This document shows positions 42,938-52,382 of a DNA stretch of 64,000 nucleotides, one piece after another (within the stretch, counting starts at the first letter, position 1; every line of letters starts with the position of its first letter). Under the pieces are notes generated by a model that saw nothing but the letters and a program-made list of their open reading frames with translations, ran no database searches and was not told the origin of the DNA. The stretch is from an uncultured Candidatus Saccharibacteria bacterium. GTDB lineage: Bacteria > Patescibacteriota > Dojkabacteria > GCA-016699595 > JBAXKR01. The DNA is taken from the NCBI GenBank assembly GCA_964430225.1, contig CAYSFE010000001.1, positions 95,668 through 159,667 of the forward strand, read 5' to 3'. Both the position numbers and the translations under genes were made by a program.

Positions 42938-43177
42938 TTATATGTAGTCCACAAAAGGAAGTAATGCCAAATATCTTGCTCTTTTAATAGATAGAGCTAA
43001 TTTTCTTTGACATATTGCACTTACTCCAGTTCTAGAACTTGGAAGTATTCTTCCACGAGGTGTTATAAATTTTTTAAGTTTATATACATCTTTGTAGTCA
43101 ACCTTTGATGGATCTCCACCAAATGGACAGTTCTCTTCAACTTTAATTACTTTTGCTTTTTTTCTTTTGATTGCCAT
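42938..43177 (-). CDS. rpsR: ribosomal protein S18
   Basis: [59 protein letters not shown]. Confidence 0.9.
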   Translation of the reverse strand: MAIKRKKAKVIKVEENCPFGGDPSKVDYKDVYKLKKFITPRGRILPSSRTGVSAICQRKLALSIKRARYLALLPFVDYI

Positions 43178-43191
43178 GTTATTTGTTTAAA

Positions 43192-43650
43192 TTAAAAAGG
43201 TAAATCTTCTTTTGCTACTGGAGCTTCTTCTTCTGAAACTTCATTAGCTACTGGTATTTCTTCATTACTATCTTTTGATAGTTCTGCACCCTCTACTCCT
43301 ACTCCATTCTTTCCCTTTGAATCTAATAGCTTCATATCATCTATTCTAATTTCTGTTCTATAGTGCTTAACTCCATTAACTTCATACATTCTAGTTCTAA
43401 TCTCTCCTTCTACATATACTAACATTCCAACACTTAGTAGGTTAGCACATATCTCACCTAGTTTATTCCAAGCTACAATATTTAGATACTCTGCTCTTTC
43501 TTTCTGTTCTCCACTTTGAGTCTTCCAAAGATTGTTAGTTGCAATTCCAAATGTACATACTAATGAACCTTGAGGAGTATATTTTACTTCGGGATCTCTA
43601 GTTAAATTCCCGATAATCATTGCCTTGTTTAATGATCTTGCTGTTGCCAT
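43192..43650 (-). CDS. ssb: single-stranded DNA-binding protein
   Basis: OB-fold N-terminus (NKAMIIGNLTRDPEVKYT) and acidic C-terminal tail ending DLPF. Confidence 0.9.
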   Translation of the reverse strand: MATARSLNKAMIIGNLTRDPEVKYTPQGSLVCTFGIATNNLWKTQSGEQKERAEYLNIVAWNKLGEICANLLSVGMLVYVEGEIRTRMYEVNGVKHYRTEIRIDDMKLLDSKGKNGVGVEGAELSKDSNEEIPVANEVSEEEAPVAKEDLPF

Positions 43651-43667
43651 AGATATATATTAATAAA

Positions 43668-43961
43668 TTAAAGTTCCTCTTCTTTAATTAATAAATATCG
43701 TAGCACCTCAGGCATTAGACCAACATTAGAAGTAAATGAGTTTGTATTAGATTTGTCTATCTCAATTCTGTATGCGATATAGAAACCTTCATCATGTTTC
43801 TTAATTTTATATGCTAGATGTTTCTTACCCCATACATCAGTTTTACTGATAACTCCACCATCACTTTTAATCATTCCCTCAATCTTACTTTGAGCACTTA
43901 GCCTTACATCTTCAGGCAATAATGCTTTAAGCACCACAACAAATTCATATTTTTGCTTCAT
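43668..43961 (-). CDS. rpsF: ribosomal protein S6
   Basis: The N-terminus MKQKYEFVVVLKALLPED is S6-like, in the rpsF-ssb-rpsR order. The ORF track extends 36 nt further upstream. Confidence 0.8.
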   Translation of the reverse strand: MKQKYEFVVVLKALLPEDVRLSAQSKIEGMIKSDGGVISKTDVWGKKHLAYKIKKHDEGFYIAYRIEIDKSNTNSFTSNVGLMPEVLRYLLIKEEEL

Positions 43962-44122
43962 TTTAAAAAACGAAATTAAATAAATAGATACACACACAAT
44001 GGCAATATCAATAATACCATAGTAAAAGCCTTATTCTCAAGGAGTAAATCCCCTATTCTATTACGTTAATACTACAAATCGTATGGTATATCCGTAACAG
44101 AATTAAAATTAGAGAAAAATAT

Positions 44123-44150
44123 TTGACATCTTCCTAGATTTGAGTATTAT
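44123..44150 (+). promoter_or_regulatory. sigma70-like promoter (TTGACA-16nt-TATTAT)
   Basis: Consensus -35 with a near-consensus -10, lying 35 nt upstream of a small ORF. Confidence 0.35.
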
Positions 44151-44185
44151 TTATTTGGCCCAAAATTATTTATTACTTCTAATTT

Positions 44186-44347
44186 ATGGCTGAAAACTCC
44201 CCAATTCTAGACACTGAACATATTGATGGAGACGCCTATGAGTGGCCCCCAAAATCAGTTGGAGGCACAATTAAAAAAGCATTAATGAAAATTATTGATG
44301 GAGCACAAGAGACTAAATTAGATCCAAACATAGAAAAAGCAGAATAA
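44186..44347 (+). CDS. small hypothetical protein (53 aa, acidic)
   Basis: My translation is MAENSPILDTEHIDGDAYEWPPKSVGGTIKKALMKIIDGAQETKLDPNIEKAE. It is absent from the ORF track, probably because it falls below the size threshold. Confidence 0.25.
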   Translation: MAENSPILDTEHIDGDAYEWPPKSVGGTIKKALMKIIDGAQETKLDPNIEKAE

Positions 44348-44355
44348 GTATATTT

Positions 44356-45468
44356 CTAAGCACCATGCTTAAAGTTCATGATATCAGCTTCCTTTACTAT
44401 GTAGTCCCTTGATTCAAGTCTTATTTTTCCCTTCTCAGCCGCTCCTTTATATCCTCCACAAGCAACGAAGTCTTCATATGAAACTACTTCAGCAGCTATG
44501 AACTTATCTGAGAAATCAGTATGTATTTTACCTGCTGCTTCCTTAGCATTAGCTCCCTTTCTAACAGTCCATGCTCTTGATTCATCTTCTCCAGTAGTAA
44601 AGAAACTCATAAGTCCGAGGGTGTCATATGCTACGTGTGTTAGTCTCACTATTCCTGATTCTGTTAATCCATATTGACTAAGAAATTCTTTTTGATCTTC
44701 TTCATTTAAAGTAGATAGTTCAGATTCAAGTTTTACTGATAAAGGTATGACAGTATCGGATTCTACTAGTCCCATTACTTTCTTAAGATTCTCTAGGTTT
44801 ACATTTGTAATACTACTCTCATCAATATTTGCTACATATATTGTAGGTTTAGCTGTTATTAGGCTTATCTGGGAAAGATCTGCTTTTAAACTTTCATTAG
44901 CTTTAATGTATTCTTGTTTATCTTTTAAAAAATCTCTTGCTAACTTACTTTCTTCTAAGTGTTTTAGTAGTTCAGCTAGAAAGTCTGCTGTTAGTTTAGC
45001 CTTTACATCAAATCTAGAATTCTTCTCAAAGTTATTTACAACTTTCTTTAATACTTCTAAGTCTTTTAGTATTAGTTCTGTGTTTATTGTCTCTATATCA
45101 CTCTTTGGATCTACTTTATTACTTACATGTATTACATCTTTGTTTTCAAATATTCTAACTACATGAACTATAGCATCAGCTTCAGCTATTTCAGATAGAA
45201 ATTTGTTCCCAAGTCCTTGTCCTTCAGAAGCTCCCTTTACAATACCAGCAATATCTATGAAGTCTACATCAGCATATATTGTTTTTTTAGATTTTTCTAA
45301 CTCTGTAAGCTTATCAAGCCTACTATCTTTCACATATACTCTACCCACATTAGGATCTATGGTACAAAAAGGATAGTTCTCAGCAGGAACTGAGTTTTTA
45401 GTTAAAGCATTAAAAAGTGTAGACTTTCCTACATTAGGAAGACCTACTATACCAAGTGCTAGGCTCAT
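44356..45468 (-). CDS. ychF: ribosome-binding ATPase YchF (Obg-family GTPase)
   Basis: GIVGLPNVGKSTLFNALT signature. 370 aa with a C-terminal TGS-like domain. Confidence 0.9.
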   Translation of the reverse strand: MSLALGIVGLPNVGKSTLFNALTKNSVPAENYPFCTIDPNVGRVYVKDSRLDKLTELEKSKKTIYADVDFIDIAGIVKGASEGQGLGNKFLSEIAEADAIVHVVRIFENKDVIHVSNKVDPKSDIETINTELILKDLEVLKKVVNNFEKNSRFDVKAKLTADFLAELLKHLEESKLARDFLKDKQEYIKANESLKADLSQISLITAKPTIYVANIDESSITNVNLENLKKVMGLVESDTVIPLSVKLESELSTLNEEDQKEFLSQYGLTESGIVRLTHVAYDTLGLMSFFTTGEDESRAWTVRKGANAKEAAGKIHTDFSDKFIAAEVVSYEDFVACGGYKGAAEKGKIRLESRDYIVKEADIMNFKHGA

Positions 45469-46973
45469 TATTTATATGTAACAATTGACTGTTTAGATAC
45501 AATCTTAACAGCAGTGTCAAGACGATTTTGATTTGTAGCAAAAACTGTAAATATCCTATCCCCAGTTTTAACAGTTTGATCTGGAAACTTATGGAAATAT
45601 AGTCCAGCTTCTTTAATGAAAGGATTTCCCAGTGCTCTACATACATCAAATACCGACTTGTTATCAATACCAGATATTACTCCATCTCTATCAGCTTTGT
45701 ATTCATAGTGAAGAGCACCAATTTCAATATCATTAGAAGAAATATTCTCTACTCCACCTTGTTCTTTAATGATTGCTCTTAATTTCTTTTCTGCAGCCCC
45801 TGAGTTTAAAAACCCTGATGCCATCTTGTCCGCATCTTCTTTAGAGATTTTCTTAACCATAGCGATTAAATCTCCAGCTATTGAAATTGCATCTTCTTCA
45901 AGTTCACGTTCACGAGCAATAGCGTCATTTTCATATACTCTTAAAAACTCAATACACTCAAGTGCTGGTCCTACTGCATGTCCATCAATAGAGTTAACAT
46001 GCCTCTTATGTAATGCAACATTAATTCCAAAATGACTTGCAATTCTTCTAAAGCTTTCATCTACTTCTTTGTATTGTTCATCTGTAGATATTTTTGCTCC
46101 TGGACCTATTGGAATATCAAACACTACATTGTTTACTCCTTGAGCTATTTTCTTAGCCATTATACTTGCAACAAACTTGTCAATACTTTCAATACCTAGT
46201 TGTTTTTGAACCCTTATTATATGATCATCTGCAGGAGCTAAATCTAATCCTCCTCCCCATACCATGAATACTTTATTCTTTTTAATCATCTCAAGTAGTT
46301 TAGGTTTAGGAAAACTCATTTTCATTATAACTTCAAGCATATCGGTAGTAGCAGATGCTGAAGTAATAGCTCGTGAAGAAGTATTAGGAACTATGACATC
46401 ATCAAGACAAGCTAGTATTGGAACAACAAGTGGTGTAATACCTTTACCAGCTACTCCACCAATAGAATGCTTGTCTACTACTATTCCATCAAACTTAAAT
46501 GTCTCCCCGTTATATGCAATAGCCTTAGTCATACTAAGTACTTCATCTTGATCAAATCCAGGAGAATATCCAGCAGCTACATAGTAAGCAGTAAGTACAG
46601 GTCCAAGTCTATTACTAGCAATATCCTTTACAACAGTATTGATTTCATTATCAGTAAGTTTTCCTCCTAACATCTTCTTACGGATATATGCAATTGATTC
46701 TGCTGGAGCTGATATATCTACTTGAATCATCATTAGATCTTTAAATCCAAATTTCAAGTATGTATCTGTAAACAAACCTATATGTCCTCTTGGAACAAGT
46801 GATTCAGTAGTATCTATGACAAGTGAAACACCTTTAGGATTATCATCCCAAATCATTGTTATTGTGCTTCCTGCTACTAAACCCTCTTCATCAGCATCCT
46901 GCTTATTGATTAAGGCAATGAGAGCATCATTTGTTTCAATATCTAGTTTTTTAGAACGTAAGAATAAAGACAT
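45468..46973 (-). CDS. AMP phosphorylase (archaeal-type thymidine-phosphorylase-family enzyme, DeoA)
   Basis: 501 aa with an N-terminal extra domain. PAESIAYIRKKMLGGKLT, SIGGVAGKG, PNTSSRAITSASATTDMLEV and WGGGLDLAPADD closely match characterised archaeal AMP phosphorylase. Confidence 0.75.
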   Translation of the reverse strand: MSLFLRSKKLDIETNDALIALINKQDADEEGLVAGSTITMIWDDNPKGVSLVIDTTESLVPRGHIGLFTDTYLKFGFKDLMMIQVDISAPAESIAYIRKKMLGGKLTDNEINTVVKDIASNRLGPVLTAYYVAAGYSPGFDQDEVLSMTKAIAYNGETFKFDGIVVDKHSIGGVAGKGITPLVVPILACLDDVIVPNTSSRAITSASATTDMLEVIMKMSFPKPKLLEMIKKNKVFMVWGGGLDLAPADDHIIRVQKQLGIESIDKFVASIMAKKIAQGVNNVVFDIPIGPGAKISTDEQYKEVDESFRRIASHFGINVALHKRHVNSIDGHAVGPALECIEFLRVYENDAIARERELEEDAISIAGDLIAMVKKISKEDADKMASGFLNSGAAEKKLRAIIKEQGGVENISSNDIEIGALHYEYKADRDGVISGIDNKSVFDVCRALGNPFIKEAGLYFHKFPDQTVKTGDRIFTVFATNQNRLDTAVKIVSKQSIVTYK

Positions 46974-47060
46974 ATATGTGAAGTCATTATATTTACTATT
47001 GGGAAGGATGGCAAATTTCCATTCCTCTAACTATTTCTAGCTAGAGGAGATTGATTTTGT

Positions 47061-48488
47061 TTAAAGCTCTATTTCTTCTTTAAACTTAGGCATCTTTATC
47101 TCTAAAGATGGTTTTACCTTAGTTACTTCTGAAGCAAAGGCTTCTGCTCTCTCAGGTTCAGCATGTACTAAGAAAAGTTTCTTAAGGTTTTCTGAGTCAT
47201 ATTGCTTAAAAAAGTCTATTAAGTCTCCTTGATCAGCATGAGCTGAGAATCCAAGTAGTTTCTTTACAGATCCATTTACTTTTACTCTTTTATCATTGAT
47301 CTTTACTTCAGTAGCTCCATTCATTAGTTCTCTGCCTAAAGTATCTTCAGCTTGGAAGCCTACTAATATAACAGAAGTGTTCTTTTGAGAAAGATTTATT
47401 CCTAAGTGATAAAGGATTCTACCTCCATCACACATTCCTGATCCTGCTATGATAACAACTCCTCTCTTCTTGTTTATACCCATTGAGGTTTTAGAAGAAA
47501 GAGAATTTTGAAGATATGGGAAATGGAATGCATTATCATTCTTAGCGAAACTATCTTGAATTTCCCTATTAAGATAAAGGTATGATTTCTCATATACCTC
47601 AGTAGCTCGAATTGCGAGAGGACTATCTACAAAAACTTCTAAGTTTTCTTTTAATCTTCCACTTTGTTTTGCTTTTTTAAGTTCGAATAGTACTTCTTGA
47701 GTTCTTTGAACTGCAAAAGAGGGAATTAGAACATTACCCCCACTTGCTGTAGTTCTATTAATGATCTCAATAAGTTCATCAACAGTATCTGTTCTATTAG
47801 GGTGATTAATGCCACCATAAAGGGATTCCATGACAATATAGTCAGGCTTAAAGTCTTTAGATGGAGAAAAGACTTTTACAAGTCCTTGTCCTCTATGACC
47901 AATATCACCTGAGAATAGAATATTTTTACTTTCTCCCTTATCTTTAATAGTGATTTGTAAACTTACTGCTCCTAATATATGTCCTGCATCTACCATTTTA
48001 AATGATAAAGAGTCATTTACTACTGTGTTTGTATCTAATTCAATTGGATCAAACATTGTTAGTGTTTTAGTTACATCAGCATTTGAATAGATAAACTCTG
48101 CTAGATGTCCATAAGTATCAGCAAGTGATGGATGTCCATCAACTATACTATTCTTCTTATGGTAAGTTTTTAAGTTCTGTTCTTGAATCTTTGCAGAATC
48201 AAAAAGAAGTAACTCTACTAGTCTTCGAGTTGGAATTGAACAGTAAATCTTACCGTTAAATCCATTTCTTACTAGTTTTGGAATTAATCCACAATGATCA
48301 ATATGTGTATGTGTTAGAAACACAAAATCTACTTTTGATGGATCAAAATTATATTTTTCATAGTTATATTTTTCTATATCATTACCTTGAAACATTCCAG
48401 CGTCAACTATGAAGCTAAATGTATCAGTTTCTACTAGGTAGCAACTTCCTGTTACCATTTCGGATGCTCCTAAAAATCTTATTTTCAT
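47061..48488 (-). CDS. beta-CASP/MBL-fold ribonuclease (RNA-metabolising metallo-beta-lactamase)
   Basis: HTHIDHCG motif and the beta-CASP architecture. 475 aa. Confidence 0.7.
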   Translation of the reverse strand: MKIRFLGASEMVTGSCYLVETDTFSFIVDAGMFQGNDIEKYNYEKYNFDPSKVDFVFLTHTHIDHCGLIPKLVRNGFNGKIYCSIPTRRLVELLLFDSAKIQEQNLKTYHKKNSIVDGHPSLADTYGHLAEFIYSNADVTKTLTMFDPIELDTNTVVNDSLSFKMVDAGHILGAVSLQITIKDKGESKNILFSGDIGHRGQGLVKVFSPSKDFKPDYIVMESLYGGINHPNRTDTVDELIEIINRTTASGGNVLIPSFAVQRTQEVLFELKKAKQSGRLKENLEVFVDSPLAIRATEVYEKSYLYLNREIQDSFAKNDNAFHFPYLQNSLSSKTSMGINKKRGVVIIAGSGMCDGGRILYHLGINLSQKNTSVILVGFQAEDTLGRELMNGATEVKINDKRVKVNGSVKKLLGFSAHADQGDLIDFFKQYDSENLKKLFLVHAEPERAEAFASEVTKVKPSLEIKMPKFKEEIEL

Positions 48489-48501
48489 TTCTAAAAATTA
48501 A

Positions 48502-49110
48502 TTAATTAAATTGTTTTCTACTTTCAATGGCGGAAGATAGGGTGTCTGTATCTATGTAGTCTATATCAGATCCCCTTGGAACTCCCATTGCTAGCCTAGA
48601 GTAACTAACAGCTGAGTTTTTTCCTATCTCACGTTCTATAAAAAGCATTGTCGACTCGCCTTCAAGTGATGGATTTAGAGCAAATATTACTTCTAAAGAG
48701 GAGGATTTAGAAATCAGTTCTTTAAGTCTATCGATCAGGCCTTTTATTCTTAGATTCTCCGGCATAATATTATTAAGCGGAGATATCAACCCCTCTATTA
48801 TATAGTAATATCCCTTAAAAGATCCAGTGTTTTCTATAACTACACTATCAAAGTAATCTTCCACCACCATTATCTTATTACTCTCACGTGTATTATCAGA
48901 ACATATATTACACATCTCTTCATCAGATATACTATTACACTTAAGACATTTCTTTAAATGAGTTATTCCAGAAAGTGATTCTCGAATGATTTCTATCTTA
49001 GATGGGTATTTGAACAAACTCAAAGCTATCCTACCTGCCATCTTAGGTCCTATGCCAGGTAGACTCTCAAGCTCACTAATGAGATTTTGAAGAGATTTCG
49101 GATAAGTCAT
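48502..49110 (-). CDS. recR: recombination protein RecR
   Basis: HhH N-terminus, C4 zinc finger CLKCNSISDEEMCNIC, and a Toprim domain. Confidence 0.9.
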   Translation of the reverse strand: MTYPKSLQNLISELESLPGIGPKMAGRIALSLFKYPSKIEIIRESLSGITHLKKCLKCNSISDEEMCNICSDNTRESNKIMVVEDYFDSVVIENTGSFKGYYYIIEGLISPLNNIMPENLRIKGLIDRLKELISKSSSLEVIFALNPSLEGESTMLFIEREIGKNSAVSYSRLAMGVPRGSDIDYIDTDTLSSAIESRKQFN

Positions 49111-49410
49111 TTAGTTGCCTCCAAGCATTCCCTTTAATTTATCCATATCCATATCTTTAGCCATTTCTTTTTGTAGTTTCTTTTGAGCATCTTTGAAAGC
49201 TTCTTTCATCTGCTTTATTAAACTATCTTTAAGAAGTGGGTTTAATACTTCATCAGAAATACTCATATCAAGTATTTCTTGAGTACCATCTATAGTTACC
49301 TCTACTTGTTCTTCTTTAGATTTTCCAATAATGGTAATCTTTTTCATTTGATCTTGAAGTTTCATAGCCTCAGATCTCATTTTCATTAAGTCTTTTATTC
49401 CTCCTAACAT
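49111..49410 (-). CDS. ybaB: nucleoid-associated protein YbaB/EbfC
   Basis: 99 aa, MLGG...GMLGGN, in the dnaX-ybaB-recR order. Confidence 0.85.
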   Translation of the reverse strand: MLGGIKDLMKMRSEAMKLQDQMKKITIIGKSKEEQVEVTIDGTQEILDMSISDEVLNPLLKDSLIKQMKEAFKDAQKKLQKEMAKDMDMDKLKGMLGGN

Positions 49411-49431
49411 AAGATTATTAATAATAGGTAA

Positions 49432-50937
49432 TTACATCAGATCAGCGAATACGTCTTTGACTATATCAGGTTTTTTCTCATCGTCAATACTAGTTCCAAC
49501 ATATGTATCAAGTATCATTCTACTACCAGTAAGTTTTTTTAGCTCGTCTTCTATCATTTCTTTACTCTTACCATTATCTATTTTAGATTTATGGAAAGCA
49601 TATTTAAGTTTGAGTCTAATGACATTCCCCTCTACGTTATCTATTACAGCTTGTGAAAGGAAAGATGCTAAGTGTACATTACGTGCTCTAATACCAGTAA
49701 GTAAATCAAGCCACACCCCTTTAACAGCCATATATTTATCAGTAACTTCTGTTTTAGCCATATCCACCTTCTCAATATTATTTACAACTTCTTCTTGAAC
49801 TACCTTTTCATCTTTATCTTCCTTCTTTTCTGAAACAACAGTTTTTTCTTCTATTCTATCTTCTTTTGTTTTAGAGGGTTTAGATTCACTCTCTATTTCC
49901 TTTTTCTCAACTTTCTTTTCTTTCTTATTACTTAGGTTATATATACATAGCTCCATTGCAAGATCATCATAGTCAGTAAGTCTTAATTTCTTTTCTAGTT
50001 CTAGAAAACTTTCAAGGATTTCATATATTCTCTCCTCAGAATATTTAGATATTCCTAATGCTTTCTCAGAATACCTAATGAGTTGAGAAGTAAGGTTTGA
50101 TGGAGAAACACCAGATATTAAAATTTCTTTTAATATCCCCTGTGATTTTTCGTTATTCCCTTCATATATACTTTCAAATAATGTTGTTAATTCTTTTATC
50201 TGAGATAATCCTAAAATTCTTAAGGCCATATCTTGACTTACTTTTACATTATCTTCTGAGTGGTTTATGAGCTTTTGAAGAATACTTTGAGAATCTCTAA
50301 AGCTTCCCCTTCCCATCTCAGCAATAGTATCTAATACTTCGTCTTCAATATTCTTTTTCTCTAAACTAGAAATGTTTCTTAATACATCCTTAAGATTTGT
50401 GAGCGTTGCAAGTTTAAAATCAAACCTTTGACACCTAGATAGTATGGTTATCGGGACCTTTGTTACTTCAGTAGTTGCAAGGATAAACAAAGCATGGGTT
50501 GGAGGCTCTTCTAGGGTCTTTAAAAGGGCATTAAAGGCATCTTTAGAGAGCATATGAACCTCATCTATGATATATACCTTTCTTTTAAATTGGATAGGTG
50601 CAAAGCTTATCTTTTCCTTTAGTATCTTAATATCATCAATACTCCTATTTGATGCTGCATCTATTTCAACAAAATCTAAACTTTTTCCTTCTTGGAATAG
50701 CTTACAGTTATCACATTTACCACAAGGATTACCATCCACTAAAGAAGTACAATTTACGGCTTTAGCAAGTATTCTACCTACTGAAGTCTTACCAGTACCA
50801 CGTGGACCAATCAATATATATGACTGACCAACTTTTCCTTTTACAAGCTGTGCTTTTAATACATCCACAATATGTGATTGTCCAACTACACTACTAAAAT
50901 CTTGAGGTCTATATTTTCGGTATAAAGTATCTGACAT
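49432..50937 (-). CDS. dnaX: DNA polymerase III subunit gamma/tau
   Basis: GPRGTGKTS Walker A, zinc module CGKCDNC, and LKTLEEPP...SRCQRFDF. Confidence 0.9.
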   Translation of the reverse strand: MSDTLYRKYRPQDFSSVVGQSHIVDVLKAQLVKGKVGQSYILIGPRGTGKTSVGRILAKAVNCTSLVDGNPCGKCDNCKLFQEGKSLDFVEIDAASNRSIDDIKILKEKISFAPIQFKRKVYIIDEVHMLSKDAFNALLKTLEEPPTHALFILATTEVTKVPITILSRCQRFDFKLATLTNLKDVLRNISSLEKKNIEDEVLDTIAEMGRGSFRDSQSILQKLINHSEDNVKVSQDMALRILGLSQIKELTTLFESIYEGNNEKSQGILKEILISGVSPSNLTSQLIRYSEKALGISKYSEERIYEILESFLELEKKLRLTDYDDLAMELCIYNLSNKKEKKVEKKEIESESKPSKTKEDRIEEKTVVSEKKEDKDEKVVQEEVVNNIEKVDMAKTEVTDKYMAVKGVWLDLLTGIRARNVHLASFLSQAVIDNVEGNVIRLKLKYAFHKSKIDNGKSKEMIEDELKKLTGSRMILDTYVGTSIDDEKKPDIVKDVFADLM

Positions 50938-50987
50938 ATATCATGAGAATATATCAGGATATATTTGTAATGGGAAGAAAAATCCAA

Positions 50988-51509
50988 TTAATTACTAGAA
51001 CTCACTACTCTACTTGCAAGATTCATAAGATAATTTTCTAGCCTCTCACTATGTGGAAGAACAGGAAATAATAGAAAACCTTCAATTGGATTTACTTGAA
51101 AGAAATGATATGTGTCCGTTGGTCCTGGTTTAAATTCTGGGGGAGTTATTAGATCAAAAAGAAATGAAGGTGTTGCTATACCCTTTACAGCTAGTCTTGC
51201 CATTTCACTCAAATCAGAATCAGGAGTTCTTGGGTCTTTTTTTAATGATTCTTTAATATTTGGTCTAAACATTACACTACCTTCAACCAGAACAGCCCTT
51301 CCCACTGCAAGCCAATATTTCCCTTCTAGAACGGTTGGCATACCATTTTCCAAGGATGCACTATCATAGTCTGATAAATCTTGTGCAGTTAATGCAAGTC
51401 TAGAGTAAACAATCCTTCTCATACTTCCATCAAGCCTAGGAAGAAGGACACTTCCTAATACAGGTTCATTTAACAGAAAATGATGCTCATAAGTTGGATA
51501 TATAGCCAT
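50988..51509 (-). CDS. hypothetical protein, paralog of 51551..52099
   Basis: 173 aa. Shares the LALT..D..D....L..VL.G.....AVGR pattern with the neighbouring ORF. Confidence 0.45.
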   Translation of the reverse strand: MAIYPTYEHHFLLNEPVLGSVLLPRLDGSMRRIVYSRLALTAQDLSDYDSASLENGMPTVLEGKYWLAVGRAVLVEGSVMFRPNIKESLKKDPRTPDSDLSEMARLAVKGIATPSFLFDLITPPEFKPGPTDTYHFFQVNPIEGFLLFPVLPHSERLENYLMNLASRVVSSSN

Positions 51510-51550
51510 AATAAAATATTAAAATATAATTAGAACCATTGCTCAATTAA

Positions 51551-52099
51551 CTATTTTGCTAAATCATTCTCTCCTTGACAAACAGCAATTGGAGATGTTT
51601 TTGGAAGCACGTTCCCTGCTATTGCCAAAAATAATTCTTTTGCTCTTTCCCTGACAGTAAATATCTCATAAAGCACAAACTCTGCATGTTTAAGGGGTTC
51701 AGAATTATTACCATTTAAGGCAATTCCTGCAATCATACTTTCTTCATGTAACTTAAACTCAAATCTAGCACCATTTCTTATAAGAAATATTTCATCAGCA
51801 CCTGGTAAGCCAGTTCCAACTACATTAGGATCAACGACTAAATGATTTGATTCTGGATAAAATAAAAACCAATCCCCTGGCTTTTCTTGTTCAACACGAC
51901 CAACAGCATAGAAACCATTTCCCTTTAGAACAACTCTTAATCCAGAATGTCCAGTGGCTTCTAAATCTACTATGTCTTTACGTGTTAAAGCAAGATGAGC
52001 AAACATTACTGGGTTATCTTCTCCTGGAAATACTATTCCTTTTAATAAACCTAAATGCATATTTACGATAGTTCCTTGTAATTCTTGTACTTGTGGCAT
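51551..52099 (-). CDS. hypothetical protein, paralog of 50988..51509
   Basis: 182 aa, tandem to its paralog. Confidence 0.45.
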   Translation of the reverse strand: MPQVQELQGTIVNMHLGLLKGIVFPGEDNPVMFAHLALTRKDIVDLEATGHSGLRVVLKGNGFYAVGRVEQEKPGDWFLFYPESNHLVVDPNVVGTGLPGADEIFLIRNGARFEFKLHEESMIAGIALNGNNSEPLKHAEFVLYEIFTVRERAKELFLAIAGNVLPKTSPIAVCQGENDLAK

Positions 52100-52112
52100 T
52101 TAAATAGATATT

Positions 52113-52145
52113 AAAAATAAAAAACCCCGCTTTTTTAGAGCGGGG
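52113..52145 (-). terminator. rho-independent terminator downstream of rpsU
   Basis: On the minus strand: CCCCGC stem, 9-nt loop, GCGGGG stem, then UUUUUUAUUUUU. Confidence 0.6.
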
Positions 52146-52151
52146 CTATTG

Positions 52152-52382
52152 TTATCTTCTAGGAGTTCCTTTTGAGGCTCTCCTTCTTAGAGCTTGTCTT
52201 CTCTTTCTTTTTCTTTTAGCAAACTCTTTTTTTACTGATGCTAATCTTTGAGAATCAGTTCTATACATGGTTCTCTCTTTTAGAGTATCCATAATATTCT
52301 CTCTTAAAACTTCTCTATGAAGTCTTCTTAAAGCTGCATCTATTGGTTCATCTGCATTTACTACTACTGACATTACATTCAC
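52152..52382 (-). CDS. rpsU: ribosomal protein S21
   Basis: 76 aa, basic. The DEPIDAALRRLHREV core resembles the S21 (E/D)ALRRFKR core, and the C-terminus is Arg/Lys-rich. Confidence 0.7.
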   Translation of the reverse strand: MNVMSVVVNADEPIDAALRRLHREVLRENIMDTLKERTMYRTDSQRLASVKKEFAKRKRKRRQALRRRASKGTPRR

